From Bacteroidaceae bacterium (GTDB lineage: Bacteria > Bacteroidota > Bacteroidia > Bacteroidales > Bacteroidaceae), in the NCBI GenBank assembly GCA_024398755.1, contig JAKSIQ010000007.1:2531-66530 (forward strand): 64,000 nt of DNA, in the 5' to 3' direction. Position numbers and translations under genes: made by a program. Positions 1 to 11,390 of this stretch are shown in pieces. Position 1 is the first letter of the stretch. Each line of letters begins with the position of its first letter. The notes beneath the pieces are model-generated. The model was given only the letters and a program-made list of their open reading frames with translations, had not been told where the DNA came from and searched no databases.

Positions 1-969
1 CTTGTAAGCGGCAAGCTTCGGAGTCTGGTTGCCACCGCCGAATCCGAACATTCCGAATCCGCCAAAGCCGCCCATGCCCATTGCAGGCATACCGGCAGGA
101 GCACCAGCACGTGCACCGGCAGCAGGAGCAGCTGCACCGGCAGCAGGTCTTGGCATACCGCCCATGTTCATGCCGCCCATCATACCCATGCCACCCTGGC
201 CAGGAACGGAAATACCGCCGGCACTCATGATGACAGCCTTGTGGAACAGACCGCGAGCCAGAGGAGATTCACAGATTGTGCGAACTGAACCGCCACCTGC
301 GCTCTGACCGAATATCATTACGTTATTGGGATCGCCACCGAACTGCTCGATGTTCTTCTGAATCCACTTGAGGGCTTCAATCTGGTCAAGGATACCGTAG
401 TTACCTGAAACACCGTTCTCGCTTTCAGCTGAAAGATCCGGATGTGTCATGAAACCGAAAATTCCCAGACGATAGTTGATTGATACAAGAACCACGTCCT
501 TACCTGCCCATTCCTGAGCGTCGAATTCAGGTTCTGAACCCCAACCTTCGCGGTAGCCGCCACCATGAATCCAAAGAGCTACAGCCTTCTTGGCATCGGT
601 CTGGCCAGGATACTTGGTCCATACGTTTGCATACAGGCAATCCTCTGAGAAAGGAGCTTCGTCACCGTAACCCCACTCTGTGTAATAGCCACCCTTATAC
701 TGGATGTGCTGGTATGAAGGATGCTCGAAACGGTCAGCCTTCTTAACGCCTTCCCATGGTTCAACCGGCTGCGGAGCCTTCCAACGGTTTTCCTTAATAG
801 GAGCTGCAGCATAAGGAATGCCACGGAATACGAATACTCCCTTTACTTTGTCAGCGCTGACGCCCTGAACCTGACCACCTTCGATAGTCAGTACCGGACT
901 GAGCTTCTCCTGATTGCAGCAGCTTGCCAGAAGAGCAGCAATACCTGCAAAAAACAGAATTCTTTTCAT
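1..969 (-). CDS. Type-B carboxylesterase family lipoprotein, N-terminal part only (C-terminus lies beyond window start)
   Basis: Absent from the ORF track because there is no stop in the window. Hand translation from ATG at 969 gives MKRILFFAGIAALLASCC (lipobox), FRGIPYAAAP, ALWIHGGGY, GNYGILDQIEALKWIQKNIEQFGGDPNNVMIFGQSAGG (GxSxG nucleophile). It stays in frame to base 1. Confidence 0.8.
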   Translation of the reverse strand, partial: MKRILFFAGIAALLASCCNQEKLSPVLTIEGGQVQGVSADKVKGVFVFRGIPYAAAPIKENRWKAPQPVEPWEGVKKADRFEHPSYQHIQYKGGYYTEWGYGDEAPFSEDCLYANVWTKYPGQTDAKKAVALWIHGGGYREGWGSEPEFDAQEWAGKDVVLVSINYRLGIFGFMTHPDLSAESENGVSGNYGILDQIEALKWIQKNIEQFGGDPNNVMIFGQSAGGGSVRTICESPLARGLFHKAVIMSAGGISVPGQGGMGMMGGMNMGGMPRPAAGAAAPAAGARAGAPAGMPAMGMGGFGGFGMFGFGGGNQTPKLAAYK

Positions 970-1129
970 AATTGGTTTATTGATTGGTTAATAAAAAATG
1001 TACTGCAATTCATTTGCATTATTACCAAATGTTCTTAATGCGAAAGACAAATGTAGTTCTTTTTATAAATAAGGTGTTTAACTTAGCCAAAAATTTACAA
1101 AATATTTAGTCCATATAGTAAAAAGGCAG

Positions 1130-1137
1130 TACTTTTG
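1130..1137 (+). promoter_or_regulatory. Candidate Bacteroidetes -7 promoter box (TACTTTTG) upstream of tRNA-Leu
   Basis: Exact match to TAnnTTTG, 60 nt upstream of the tRNA. Its context AAAAGGCAGTACTTTTGCC is nearly identical to the metK box at 52131. Confidence 0.4.
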
Positions 1138-1196
1138 CCACGCTGAGACGTCCAGAAGCACATGGTAAAACATGCTTCCGAATCTCAGACTGGTCA

Positions 1197-1281
1197 GCTC
1201 GAATGGTGGAATGGTAGACACGAGGGACTTAAAATCCCTTGGCCTTTATCGGCTGTACGGGTTCGAGTCCCGTTTCGAGCA
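1197..1281 (+). tRNA. tRNA-Leu, anticodon UAA (class II, long variable arm)
   Basis: Hand-folded cloverleaf. Acceptor GCTCGAA/TTCGAGC. D arm GTGG-AATGGTAGA-CAC. Anticodon stem AGGGA/TCCCT with loop CTTAAAA. Variable arm TGGCCTTTATCGGCTGT. T arm ACGGG-TTCGAGT-CCCGT. Discriminator A. CCA is not encoded. Confidence 0.9.
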
Positions 1282-1310
1282 CTTGGAATTTGCAACCAAG
1301 GCAATTTTTT
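1282..1310 (+). terminator. Weak hairpin plus T6 after tRNA-Leu
   Basis: CTTGG...CCAAG stem followed by GCAATTTTTT. The stem is short and the loop is 9 nt. Confidence 0.3.
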
Positions 1311-1363
1311 CCGCCGCCTTCATTACCGCTAAACCGGCGTTTTCACCAATACAATACATCATT

Positions 1364-2272
1364 ATGAGAAAAACCGTTTTCACCGCAGTTTTTACATTTG
1401 CTGCAGCACTTGTTTCGTGTTCCGGACAGGCACCGGAAACCTACACTGAGAACCAGATTCTTGAAGAAGGTGGCCAGGGACCGTACAAGGCCATCATGGT
1501 TACCGAGCCATCGCTCGAAGCCCACACCATTTTCCGTCCACAGGATCTGAGCGCATTCGGAAAGAAGAATCCCATGCCAATTCTGGTCTGGGGTAACGGA
1601 GCCTGCACCAACTCACCTTGGGAGCATAAGCTTTTCCTGAACGAGATAGCATCGAACGGCATTTTCGTCGTTGCCACCGGCGTTTTTCCGGTAGAAGGAC
1701 AGGGGCACAGCTACTACGGACCAATGTCGAAATCCGAGCAGCAGATAGAGAGCATTGACTGGGCCATAGCACAGAATTCAGATAAGAACAGCCCCTACTA
1801 CGGCAAACTGGATGTTGAAAACATTGCTGCCGCAGGAATGTCATGCGGCGGTCTTCAGACTCTGGTCAACAGCGGCGATCCACGACTGAAGACTGTTATG
1901 ATCTGCAACAGCGGCAGTTTCATCAACCCCGCAGGTGCTGTTCCCGGCATGCCGATGCCATCGAAGGACGATTTGAAGAACATCCACACACCTATCATGT
2001 ATCTGCTTGGCGGCCCGACCGACATTGCATACGAAAACGGTATGGATGATTTCAGCCGCATTGACCATGTTCCTGCATTTGCAGCCAATTATCCCGTAGG
2101 ACATAACGGTACATACGCACAGCCTCACGGCGGCGAGTTTGCAGTTGTAGCAACCGCATGGCTGAAATGGCAGCTGATGGGTGACAAGGAAGCCGGCACA
2201 ATGTTCACAGGCAACCCATGCGGACTGGCTTCACGTCCCGACTGGACAGCCGACAAGAAAATGATTGACTGA
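1364..2272 (+). CDS. Alpha/beta-hydrolase fold lipoprotein (putative esterase/lipase)
   Basis: Start moved to the ATG at 1364 (MRKTVFTAVFTFAAALVSCSG, lipobox) because the ORF-track start at 1172 runs through the tRNA. Has a GMSCGG nucleophile elbow and PILVWGNGACTN. Confidence 0.7.
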   Translation: MRKTVFTAVFTFAAALVSCSGQAPETYTENQILEEGGQGPYKAIMVTEPSLEAHTIFRPQDLSAFGKKNPMPILVWGNGACTNSPWEHKLFLNEIASNGIFVVATGVFPVEGQGHSYYGPMSKSEQQIESIDWAIAQNSDKNSPYYGKLDVENIAAAGMSCGGLQTLVNSGDPRLKTVMICNSGSFINPAGAVPGMPMPSKDDLKNIHTPIMYLLGGPTDIAYENGMDDFSRIDHVPAFAANYPVGHNGTYAQPHGGEFAVVATAWLKWQLMGDKEAGTMFTGNPCGLASRPDWTADKKMID

Positions 2273-2309
2273 CGCCGCAGTCCTATACTGAAGCGACGGC
2301 ATACAAGCA

Positions 2310-2612
2310 TTACAGTCTGTCGTAATGGTCTTTACGCTTGGGATTCATGGGGAACAGCCCTTTTTTGACTCTGAGTTCCTGTTCATAGACTTCTTTTATG
2401 CCCCAGAACAGTGAAAAAGCCAACGCTCCCATAATGGTTGCTATTACCTGATTGTCAATAAAAACCGATGAAACGGCACTTGCTATTCCTCCAATAGCCA
2501 GCAGGACATTCAGTTTCCGACCCAGATAGTATTCTCCTTTAATAACCAGAGGATGGCAAAGACCGATGATCAGGAATGTTGCTGCACCGACAATAATACC
2601 TTGGAAGTGCAT
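2310..2612 (-). CDS. Small integral membrane protein (about 3 TM segments; resembles DUF4491 of Bacteroidetes)
   Basis: 100-aa ORF with hydrophobic segments and a basic C-terminal tail. The family assignment is from memory only. Confidence 0.55.
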   Translation of the reverse strand: MHFQGIIVGAATFLIIGLCHPLVIKGEYYLGRKLNVLLAIGGIASAVSSVFIDNQVIATIMGALAFSLFWGIKEVYEQELRVKKGLFPMNPKRKDHYDRL

Positions 2613-2629
2613 TACCGAATCATTTTAAG

Positions 2630-3238
2630 TTACAGGACCTTGATAAGCTCGACGTCGAAAATCAGTGCGGCGTATGGAGGAATGTCCTGACCGGCACCGC
2701 GCTCACCGTAAGCAAGGTTGTAAGGAATGAAGAAACGGTACTTTGAACCTTCGCTCATAAGCTGCACACCCTCGGTCCATCCGCTGATTACCTGACGCAG
2801 ACCGAAATCGGCCGGTTCGCCGCGGCGGTATGATGAATCAAATACGGTACCGTCAATCAGTGTGCCTTCGTAGTGGCAACGTACGGTATCGCTGGCCTTA
2901 GGCTTCTTTCCGGTGCCTTCGGTCAGAACCATGTACTGAAGTCCGCTTGCAGTAACAGTCACACCCGGCTTGCCTGCATTCTCCTTCAGGAACTTTTCGC
3001 CTTCTGCCTTGGCGGCCTTACCCTTCTGTGCTGCCTCCTCGTTCTGCTTGCGCTCCAATTCTGCAAAGAACTGGTTCAGAACCTGCTGGGCTTCGCTTGC
3101 TGAAACCTTAAGCTGAGCACCGTCAAGAGTGTCCTGCACGGCTACAGCAAAATCCTGTACTGACAGACTGTCCTTGAGACCCATCTGCTTCAACTGCCGG
3201 CCAATGTTCATGCCCAGCGAATAACTTACCTTATCCAT
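2630..3238 (-). CDS. fklB: FKBP-type peptidyl-prolyl cis-trans isomerase with N-terminal dimerisation domain
   Basis: Start at M39 of the ORF (MDKVSYSLGMNIG), with a TAACTTTG box 22 nt upstream. C-terminal FKBP motifs: YEGTLIDGTVFDSS, GWTEGVQLM, LIFDVELI. No signal peptide. Confidence 0.85.
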   Translation of the reverse strand: MDKVSYSLGMNIGRQLKQMGLKDSLSVQDFAVAVQDTLDGAQLKVSASEAQQVLNQFFAELERKQNEEAAQKGKAAKAEGEKFLKENAGKPGVTVTASGLQYMVLTEGTGKKPKASDTVRCHYEGTLIDGTVFDSSYRRGEPADFGLRQVISGWTEGVQLMSEGSKYRFFIPYNLAYGERGAGQDIPPYAALIFDVELIKVL

Positions 3239-3259
3239 AATGTAAAATTTAGTCCGCCG

Positions 3260-3267
3260 CAAAGTTA
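3260..3267 (-). promoter_or_regulatory. Candidate -7 box TAACTTTG for fklB
   Basis: Exact TAnnTTTG on the minus strand, just upstream of the ATG at 3238. Confidence 0.4.
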
Positions 3268-3406
3268 CGAAGAACTCCCAATATACCACCATCCCGCCAA
3301 TAACATATACGGAAAAAGAGACATTGACATGAAAAGCAATGGCCCCCTGCAAGTAGGCAGGAGGCCATATAAGCGTGACAAGTCGCGTATGCTTTTGCTG
3401 AATATG

Positions 3407-4162
3407 TCAGTCTTTCAGCTTGGCAGCGATGAACTCGCGGTTCAGGCGTGCGATGTTGCTGATGGAGATGCACTTCGGGCACTCAGCCTCGCAGGCACGG
3501 GTATTGGTGCAGTTACCGAAGCCCAGTTCGTCCATCTTGGCCAGCATGGCCTTGGCACGGCGGGCAGCCTCAACCTGACCCTGCGGAAGCAGAGCAAGCT
3601 GGCTTACCTTGGCACTGACGAACAGCATTGCAGAACCGTTCTTGCAGGCAGCTACGCAAGCACCGCAACCGATGCATGATGCAGCATCCATAGCCAGATC
3701 GGCCTTCTCCTTAGAGATAGGAATTGCGTTGGCATCTGGTACTCCACCGGTATTGATTGATACATAACCACCGGCCTGCATGATCTTGTCGTATGCACGA
3801 CGATCAACCATAAGGTCACGGATTACCGGGAAGCCTGCTGAACGCCAAGGCTCAACGGTAATGGTTTCGCCATCCTTGAAGCGGCGCATGTAAAGCTGAC
3901 AGGTTGTAGCGCCTGTGGCCGGGCCGTGCGGATGACCGTTGATGTAGAGTGAGCACATACCGCAAATGCCTTCGCGGCAGTCGTGATCGAATACGACAGG
4001 CTCTTCGCCTTTGTTGATGAGCTGCTCGTTCAGAATGTCAAGCATCTCGAGGAATGAGGTATCGGTAGGGATATCCTTCATTTCATACACCACGAACTGG
4101 CCCTTTTCCTTAGGACCTCTCTGGCGCCATATTTTAAGTTTGAAGCTTATGCAATTTTCCAT
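3407..4162 (-). CDS. frdB: Fumarate reductase / succinate dehydrogenase iron-sulfur subunit
   Basis: 2Fe-2S motif [10 protein letters not shown] and 4Fe-4S motifs [11 protein letters not shown] and CEAECPK. Last gene of the frdC-A-B order. Confidence 0.9.
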   Translation of the reverse strand: MENCISFKLKIWRQRGPKEKGQFVVYEMKDIPTDTSFLEMLDILNEQLINKGEEPVVFDHDCREGICGMCSLYINGHPHGPATGATTCQLYMRRFKDGETITVEPWRSAGFPVIRDLMVDRRAYDKIMQAGGYVSINTGGVPDANAIPISKEKADLAMDAASCIGCGACVAACKNGSAMLFVSAKVSQLALLPQGQVEAARRAKAMLAKMDELGFGNCTNTRACEAECPKCISISNIARLNREFIAAKLKD

Positions 4163-4176
4163 AATTGTCCTCTTTT

Positions 4177-6135
4177 TTAGTTCTTATAGTTACGGGTCTG
4201 TACCTTGATGTATTCGTAGTTCAGAGGTTCCTTGAGCAGTTCAGGAGCCTTGCCTTCGCCCTGATAGTTCCAGCAGGCAACGTATGAGAACTGGTCGTCG
4301 TGACGCAGAGCCTCGCCTTCGGGAGTCTGATGCTCTTCACGGAAATGACCGCCGCATGACTCTTCACGGTTCAGACCGTCGTAAGCCATGAGCTTGCCGA
4401 TTTCAATGAAGTCAAGCAGACGCAGAGCCTTTTCAAGTTCTACATTCAGTGTCTGTGCATTACCAGGAACGCGCAGGTCTGACCAGAAGGTCTTCTCAAC
4501 TTCGTCAAGCTTTGCAAGAGCGGTCTTCAGAGATTCCTCCGTGCGGCCCATACCTACGTATTCCCACATGATGTGACCCAGTTCCTTATGGATTGAATCT
4601 ACAGAACGCTTTCCGTTGATGCCCATAATCTTGGCAATCTTGGCCTTGACGGCATTTTCGGCAGCCTCGAACTCAGGCAGGTCGGTGCTGAAGCGCGGAA
4701 CCTGGATCTGGTCTGACAGATAGTTCTGGATGGTATACGGAAGTACGAAATAGCCGTCGGCCAAACCCTGCATGAGGGCCGATGCGCCCAGACGGTTGGC
4801 TCCGTGGTCTGAGAAGTTGCATTCGCCGATAGCGAACAGGCCCGGTATTGAGGTCTGCAGTTCGTAGTCAACCCAGATACCGCCCATGGTGTAGTGGATG
4901 GCCGGGAAGATCATCATCGGGTTCTCGTACGGGTTCACATCGGTGATTTCCTCGTACATATCGAACAGGTTACCGTACTTGTCGGCTACGGCCTGCTTGC
5001 CAAGACGCTGGATAGCGTACTTGAAGTCAAGGAATACGGCAAGACCGGTGTTGTTTACGCCGAAGCCCTTGTCGCAACGCTCCTTGGCTGCACGTGAAGC
5101 CACGTCACGCGGTACCAGGTTGCCGAATGCAGGATAGCGGCGCTCCAGGTAGAAGTCGCGGTCCTCGTCTGGAATATCGTTAGGATTCAGGGTACCTGCC
5201 TGCAGAGCCTTGGCATCTTCAAGTTTCTTAGGAACCCAGATACGGCCGTCGTTACGCAGTGACTCTGACATCAGAGTGAGCTTTGACTGCTTGTCGCCGT
5301 GTACAGGAATACAGGTCGGGTGAATCTGTGCGAAAGCAGGGTTGGCGAACCATGCGCCCTTGCGGTAGCACTGCATGGCGGCTGAACCGTTGCTGGCCAT
5401 GGCGTTGGTTGACAGGAAGTAGGTGTTGCCGTAACCGCCTGTGCCGATAACCACTGCATGAGCTGAGCAGCGCTTGATTTCACCGGTAACCAGGTCACGA
5501 TAGATGATACCACGTGCACGCTCCTTGCCTTCAGCGTCCTTTATCATTACAAGGTCAAGCATTTCGCAACGTGTGAACAGCTCTACATTGCCCTGCTGTA
5601 CCTGATAGCTCAGTGCTGAGTAGGCACCCAGAAGCAGCTGCTGTCCGGTTTGACCGCGGGCATAGAACGTACGCGATACCTGAGCACCGCCGAATGAACG
5701 GTTGGCCAGGGTTCCGCCGTATTCACGGGCAAACGGAACGCCCTGTGCAACGCACTGGTCTATGATGTTGTTCGATACCTCGGCCAGACGGTAAACGTTG
5801 GCTTCACGTGAACGGTAGTCACCGCCCTTGATGGTATCGTAGAACAGACGGTATACTGAGTCACCGTCGTTCTGGTAGTTCTTGGCAGCGTTGATACCGC
5901 CCTGTGCAGCGATTGAATGGGCACGGCGCGGTGAATCCTGAATGCAGAAGCACTTTACCTTGAAACCAAGGTCACCGAGGGTGGCGGCAGCACTTGCGCC
6001 GGCCAGACCTGAACCTACTACTATGATGTCAAGCTTGCGCTTGTTTGCAGGATTGACAAGTTTCTGATGAGCCTTGTAGTTTGACCATTTTTCAGCCAAC
6101 GGGCCCTCTGGAATTTTTGAATCTATTGTAGCCAT
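4177..6135 (-). CDS. frdA: Fumarate reductase / succinate dehydrogenase flavoprotein subunit
   Basis: Start at M21 ([11 protein letters not shown]), 14 nt after the frdC stop. FAD motifs: [33 protein letters not shown]. Confidence 0.9.
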   Translation of the reverse strand: MATIDSKIPEGPLAEKWSNYKAHQKLVNPANKRKLDIIVVGSGLAGASAAATLGDLGFKVKCFCIQDSPRRAHSIAAQGGINAAKNYQNDGDSVYRLFYDTIKGGDYRSREANVYRLAEVSNNIIDQCVAQGVPFAREYGGTLANRSFGGAQVSRTFYARGQTGQQLLLGAYSALSYQVQQGNVELFTRCEMLDLVMIKDAEGKERARGIIYRDLVTGEIKRCSAHAVVIGTGGYGNTYFLSTNAMASNGSAAMQCYRKGAWFANPAFAQIHPTCIPVHGDKQSKLTLMSESLRNDGRIWVPKKLEDAKALQAGTLNPNDIPDEDRDFYLERRYPAFGNLVPRDVASRAAKERCDKGFGVNNTGLAVFLDFKYAIQRLGKQAVADKYGNLFDMYEEITDVNPYENPMMIFPAIHYTMGGIWVDYELQTSIPGLFAIGECNFSDHGANRLGASALMQGLADGYFVLPYTIQNYLSDQIQVPRFSTDLPEFEAAENAVKAKIAKIMGINGKRSVDSIHKELGHIMWEYVGMGRTEESLKTALAKLDEVEKTFWSDLRVPGNAQTLNVELEKALRLLDFIEIGKLMAYDGLNREESCGGHFREEHQTPEGEALRHDDQFSYVACWNYQGEGKAPELLKEPLNYEYIKVQTRNYKN

Positions 6136-6148
6136 AATTGTATACTGT

Positions 6149-6832
6149 TTAGAGACTCTTGAAATAGAATGCCAGAACAACGGCAATGAAGCCAAGGATT
6201 ACAATGGTAACGTAGATGTTGCCAATGACTTTCCAGCGGCAGAACCATGTCTTGCCGTTCCAGCCCAGTGTCTGAAGTGCGCTCCAGAATCCGTGTGACA
6301 GATGGAACCACAGTGCTGTCAGCCAGATTATGTACATGATGACGATGTACAGGCTTGAGAAGTTATATTCAATAAGGGCTGCACCGTCGGTCGGGCTGAT
6401 GGTCTTTCCGTCAATTACAGCACCTGCTGTGCCCATGATTTCCTGAAGCTGCATGTTTGCCCAGAAGTCGGTAAGGTGAAGAACAAGGCCAAGAACAACA
6501 ATGATACCCAGAACCAGCATGTTCTGTGATGCCCATTCAACATTCTTAGGTCTTTCGGTAACAGCGTACCTCTGTGAACCGCGGGCTTTCAGGTTCTTGA
6601 TTGTAAGAACGAAAGCGAAAATGAAATGAAGGGCTACCAGGATAGCCAGACCTACTGTTCCAACCAGCGCATACCAGTTGGCTCCAAGAAATTCACACAC
6701 AGCGTTGTAAGCATCGCCCGAAAACAGAGCCACGCAGTTCATAGCCATGTGGAAAGTCAGGAAAAAGATCAGAGCACCACCTGTGATGCTCATGACCACT
6801 TTTCTTCCGATTGATGAATCAGTTAACCACAT
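6149..6832 (-). CDS. frdC: Fumarate reductase cytochrome b membrane subunit
   Basis: 227 aa with multiple TM segments and conserved His residues. The N-terminus [15 protein letters not shown] is typical of Bacteroides FrdC. It lies upstream of frdA. Confidence 0.8.
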   Translation of the reverse strand: MWLTDSSIGRKVVMSITGGALIFFLTFHMAMNCVALFSGDAYNAVCEFLGANWYALVGTVGLAILVALHFIFAFVLTIKNLKARGSQRYAVTERPKNVEWASQNMLVLGIIVVLGLVLHLTDFWANMQLQEIMGTAGAVIDGKTISPTDGAALIEYNFSSLYIVIMYIIWLTALWFHLSHGFWSALQTLGWNGKTWFCRWKVIGNIYVTIVILGFIAVVLAFYFKSL

Positions 6833-6883
6833 AAGTTTTGAATTTGTTTGTTATTGAATTGTTTGAATTTGTCCAAAAGTCCG

Positions 6884-6891
6884 CAAATATA
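6884..6891 (-). promoter_or_regulatory. Candidate -7 box TATATTTG for frdCAB
   Basis: Exact TAnnTTTG on the minus strand, about 52 nt upstream of the frdC ATG. Confidence 0.4.
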
Positions 6892-6906
6892 CTCATTTCC
6901 GTCTGA

Positions 6907-9007
<2,101 letters not shown>

Positions 9008-9024
9008 ATATTTTTGATCGTTAT

Positions 9025-9477
9025 TTATTCCTTGTTTTTGCTGTCCATGACAATTGTTACAGGACCGTCATTCAACAGACTGACCTTCATATCAGCACCA
9101 AATATACCCATTTCAACTTTACTGCCCAACTCCTGCTCAAGAGATTTGCAGAAATCCAGATACATGGGCTTTGAGAAATCTCCCTTCGATGCACGTATGT
9201 ATGAAGGTCTGTTTCCTTTTTTCGTACTGGCCATCAGTGTGAATTGGCTGATTGAAAGAATCTGTCCGCCTACATCCTTGACTGAAAGGTTCATGACTCC
9301 CTGTTCATCGTCGAAAATTCTCATTCCAACGATCTTTTTCACAAGCCATTCAATATCCTGTACCGTATCGGAATCCTCTATTCCGACAAGCACAAGAAGA
9401 CCTTTTCCAATCTCTCCGACCACTGTGCCGTCAACTCTGACATTGGCCTGTGATACACGTTGTATTACTGTTCTCAT
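9025..9477 (-). CDS. dtd: D-aminoacyl-tRNA deacylase
   Basis: 150 aa. MRTVIQRVSQANV, ILSISQFTL, NDGPVT motifs. Confidence 0.9.
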   Translation of the reverse strand: MRTVIQRVSQANVRVDGTVVGEIGKGLLVLVGIEDSDTVQDIEWLVKKIVGMRIFDDEQGVMNLSVKDVGGQILSISQFTLMASTKKGNRPSYIRASKGDFSKPMYLDFCKSLEQELGSKVEMGIFGADMKVSLLNDGPVTIVMDSKNKE

Positions 9478-11288
9478 ATCCTGAAATGGTCAAACACAAT
9501 CTGCGCCTTTGACTTACCTATTGTACGTGCCAGTTCATCGAATGTAGCCGCACTTACACGTTTCACGCTTTTGAAAGTTCTGATAAGAGTCTCTGCAGTA
9601 GTCTGACCTATTCCGCTAATTTCCGTAAGCTGACTTGAAATCATGGATTTGCTGCGTTTGTTCTTGTGAAAACTGATGGCTACACGATGAACCTCGTCCT
9701 GCATCTGTTCCAACAGTCTGAAAAGTTCACCGTCCGGTTTCACACCTGCCTGAGCACCTGTCCTTGCTGAAATCAGGCCCTCAGTACGATGCCTGGAATT
9801 CTTGACCAGGCCGCCAATTTCAAGGCTAATACCCAATGAATCAGCCACTTGCAAGGCTACAGACATTTGCCCCTTACCTCCATCAACCAATACAAGATCA
9901 GGCAGTTTTCCGCCTTCTTCTACAGTACGTTTCCATCGGCGTGTAAGCACTTCATGCATTGAAGCGTAATCATCGCCACCGACTCCGCTCTTTATATTGT
10001 AAAGTCTGTATTCCTTTTTCAGGGGTTTGCCTCCTTCATATACCACACAAGCTGCTACGGCATTGGTTCCCTGAATATGGGAATTGTCAAAGCATTCTAT
10101 ACGCATTGGCGGTTTTTCCATTCCCAAAAGCGAAGCAAGTTCTCCCAAAAGGCGAACTTTTTTCTGCTCCGGATTCAATTTGTCTGACCGTTTCAACCGA
10201 TCGGCTCTGTATTGTCTGACATTCAGTTCTGAAAGATCAAGCAGTTTTTTCTTTTCTCCACGCTGCGGAACTGTCCAGAAAATGCCGTTCAATTGGGCAG
10301 AAGGCTCAAACGGAACAATGATTTCACGGGCAGTGCTTTTGTAACGGGTCTTCATTTCAACCATACCGAGCAGAAGCACATCTTCAAGGCTTTCATCCAT
10401 TCTGCGTTTGTATTCGAATGTGAATGCCTGATTTATACAACCGTTGGAAACATGCATGTAATTCAAAAATACAAAACTCTCATCTTCTCCTATGCTGAAT
10501 ACGTCAACATTGTCAAGACTCATGTCAACCACACGGCTCTTTTCAGTGAACGCCTGGATAATATCATATTTTTCTTTAAGTTTCTGGGCTTTCTCAAATT
10601 CAAGTTTACCTGCAAGTTCCTTCATCTGCTCTACAAGACTCCGGCTGAGGTCTGCGCTGCGCCCCTTCAGAATTTCTCTGATCTCATTGATTTGACCGAT
10701 ATATTCCTCGTGGCTCTGCTTTCCGATACATGGTGCAAGACATCTGTGGATATGATACTCCAGACATTCGTGATATTTATTGGCATGGATTCCATCGGTG
10801 CTTATTGGCAGGCGGCATGTCCTTACATGATATGCTTTCGAAATAAGATCCATAAGCATATTCAAAGTCCCGACATGACTGTACGGACCGAAGTATTCCA
10901 TACCTTTGGCAGAAGTGTTCCTCACTTTGAACACACGAGGAAACTCTTCCCGTGTAATGCAGATTGAAGGATATGTCTTGTCATCCTTCAGAAGAATGTT
11001 GTATCTGGGCTTATACCGTTTTATCAGATTGTTCTCAAGAAGCAATGCATCCCATTCTGTTTCAACCACAAGATATTTCAAATCCCAGATGTGGCTGACA
11101 AGCAGCTTGGTCTTTTGAGTCTGACCTTCACGGAGAAAATATGAACTGACCCTTCTTTTCAGATTCTTTGCCTTTCCAACGTATATCACAGTTCCGGTTT
11201 CATCAAGATACTGATAGCACCCCGGCTTCTCGGGCAGGTTCTGCACTATAGGCTTGATATGCGTTTCGTATGCTTCGGTGAATCTCAT
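9474..11288 (-). CDS. uvrC: Excinuclease ABC subunit C
   Basis: GIY-YIG N-terminus (PGCYQYLDETGTVIYVGKAKNLKRRVSSY), a UVR domain and a C-terminal HhH. Its stop overlaps the dtd start (ATGA). Confidence 0.95.
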   Translation of the reverse strand: MRFTEAYETHIKPIVQNLPEKPGCYQYLDETGTVIYVGKAKNLKRRVSSYFLREGQTQKTKLLVSHIWDLKYLVVETEWDALLLENNLIKRYKPRYNILLKDDKTYPSICITREEFPRVFKVRNTSAKGMEYFGPYSHVGTLNMLMDLISKAYHVRTCRLPISTDGIHANKYHECLEYHIHRCLAPCIGKQSHEEYIGQINEIREILKGRSADLSRSLVEQMKELAGKLEFEKAQKLKEKYDIIQAFTEKSRVVDMSLDNVDVFSIGEDESFVFLNYMHVSNGCINQAFTFEYKRRMDESLEDVLLLGMVEMKTRYKSTAREIIVPFEPSAQLNGIFWTVPQRGEKKKLLDLSELNVRQYRADRLKRSDKLNPEQKKVRLLGELASLLGMEKPPMRIECFDNSHIQGTNAVAACVVYEGGKPLKKEYRLYNIKSGVGGDDYASMHEVLTRRWKRTVEEGGKLPDLVLVDGGKGQMSVALQVADSLGISLEIGGLVKNSRHRTEGLISARTGAQAGVKPDGELFRLLEQMQDEVHRVAISFHKNKRSKSMISSQLTEISGIGQTTAETLIRTFKSVKRVSAATFDELARTIGKSKAQIVFDHFRI

Positions 11289-11390
11289 ATAAAAACCGTT
11301 ATTCAGTACTGTGTAACGCAGATTTCAAATTATTGTTTCACGTGGAACATTTCTCGGAATATTCAAAAAAACAACGCCACAAAGGCATTG

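Noticed and set aside
29-307. 92-aa Pro-rich ORF on the + strand (MPPPNPNIPNPPKPP...)
   Set aside because: It is the antisense shadow of the Gly/Met-rich insert of the minus-strand carboxylesterase, whose catalytic motifs read cleanly in the opposite frame.
1172-1363. N-terminal 64 codons of the ORF-track entry 1172-2272
   Set aside because: This stretch runs straight through tRNA-Leu (1197-1281). A lipoprotein signal peptide begins at the internal ATG at 1364.
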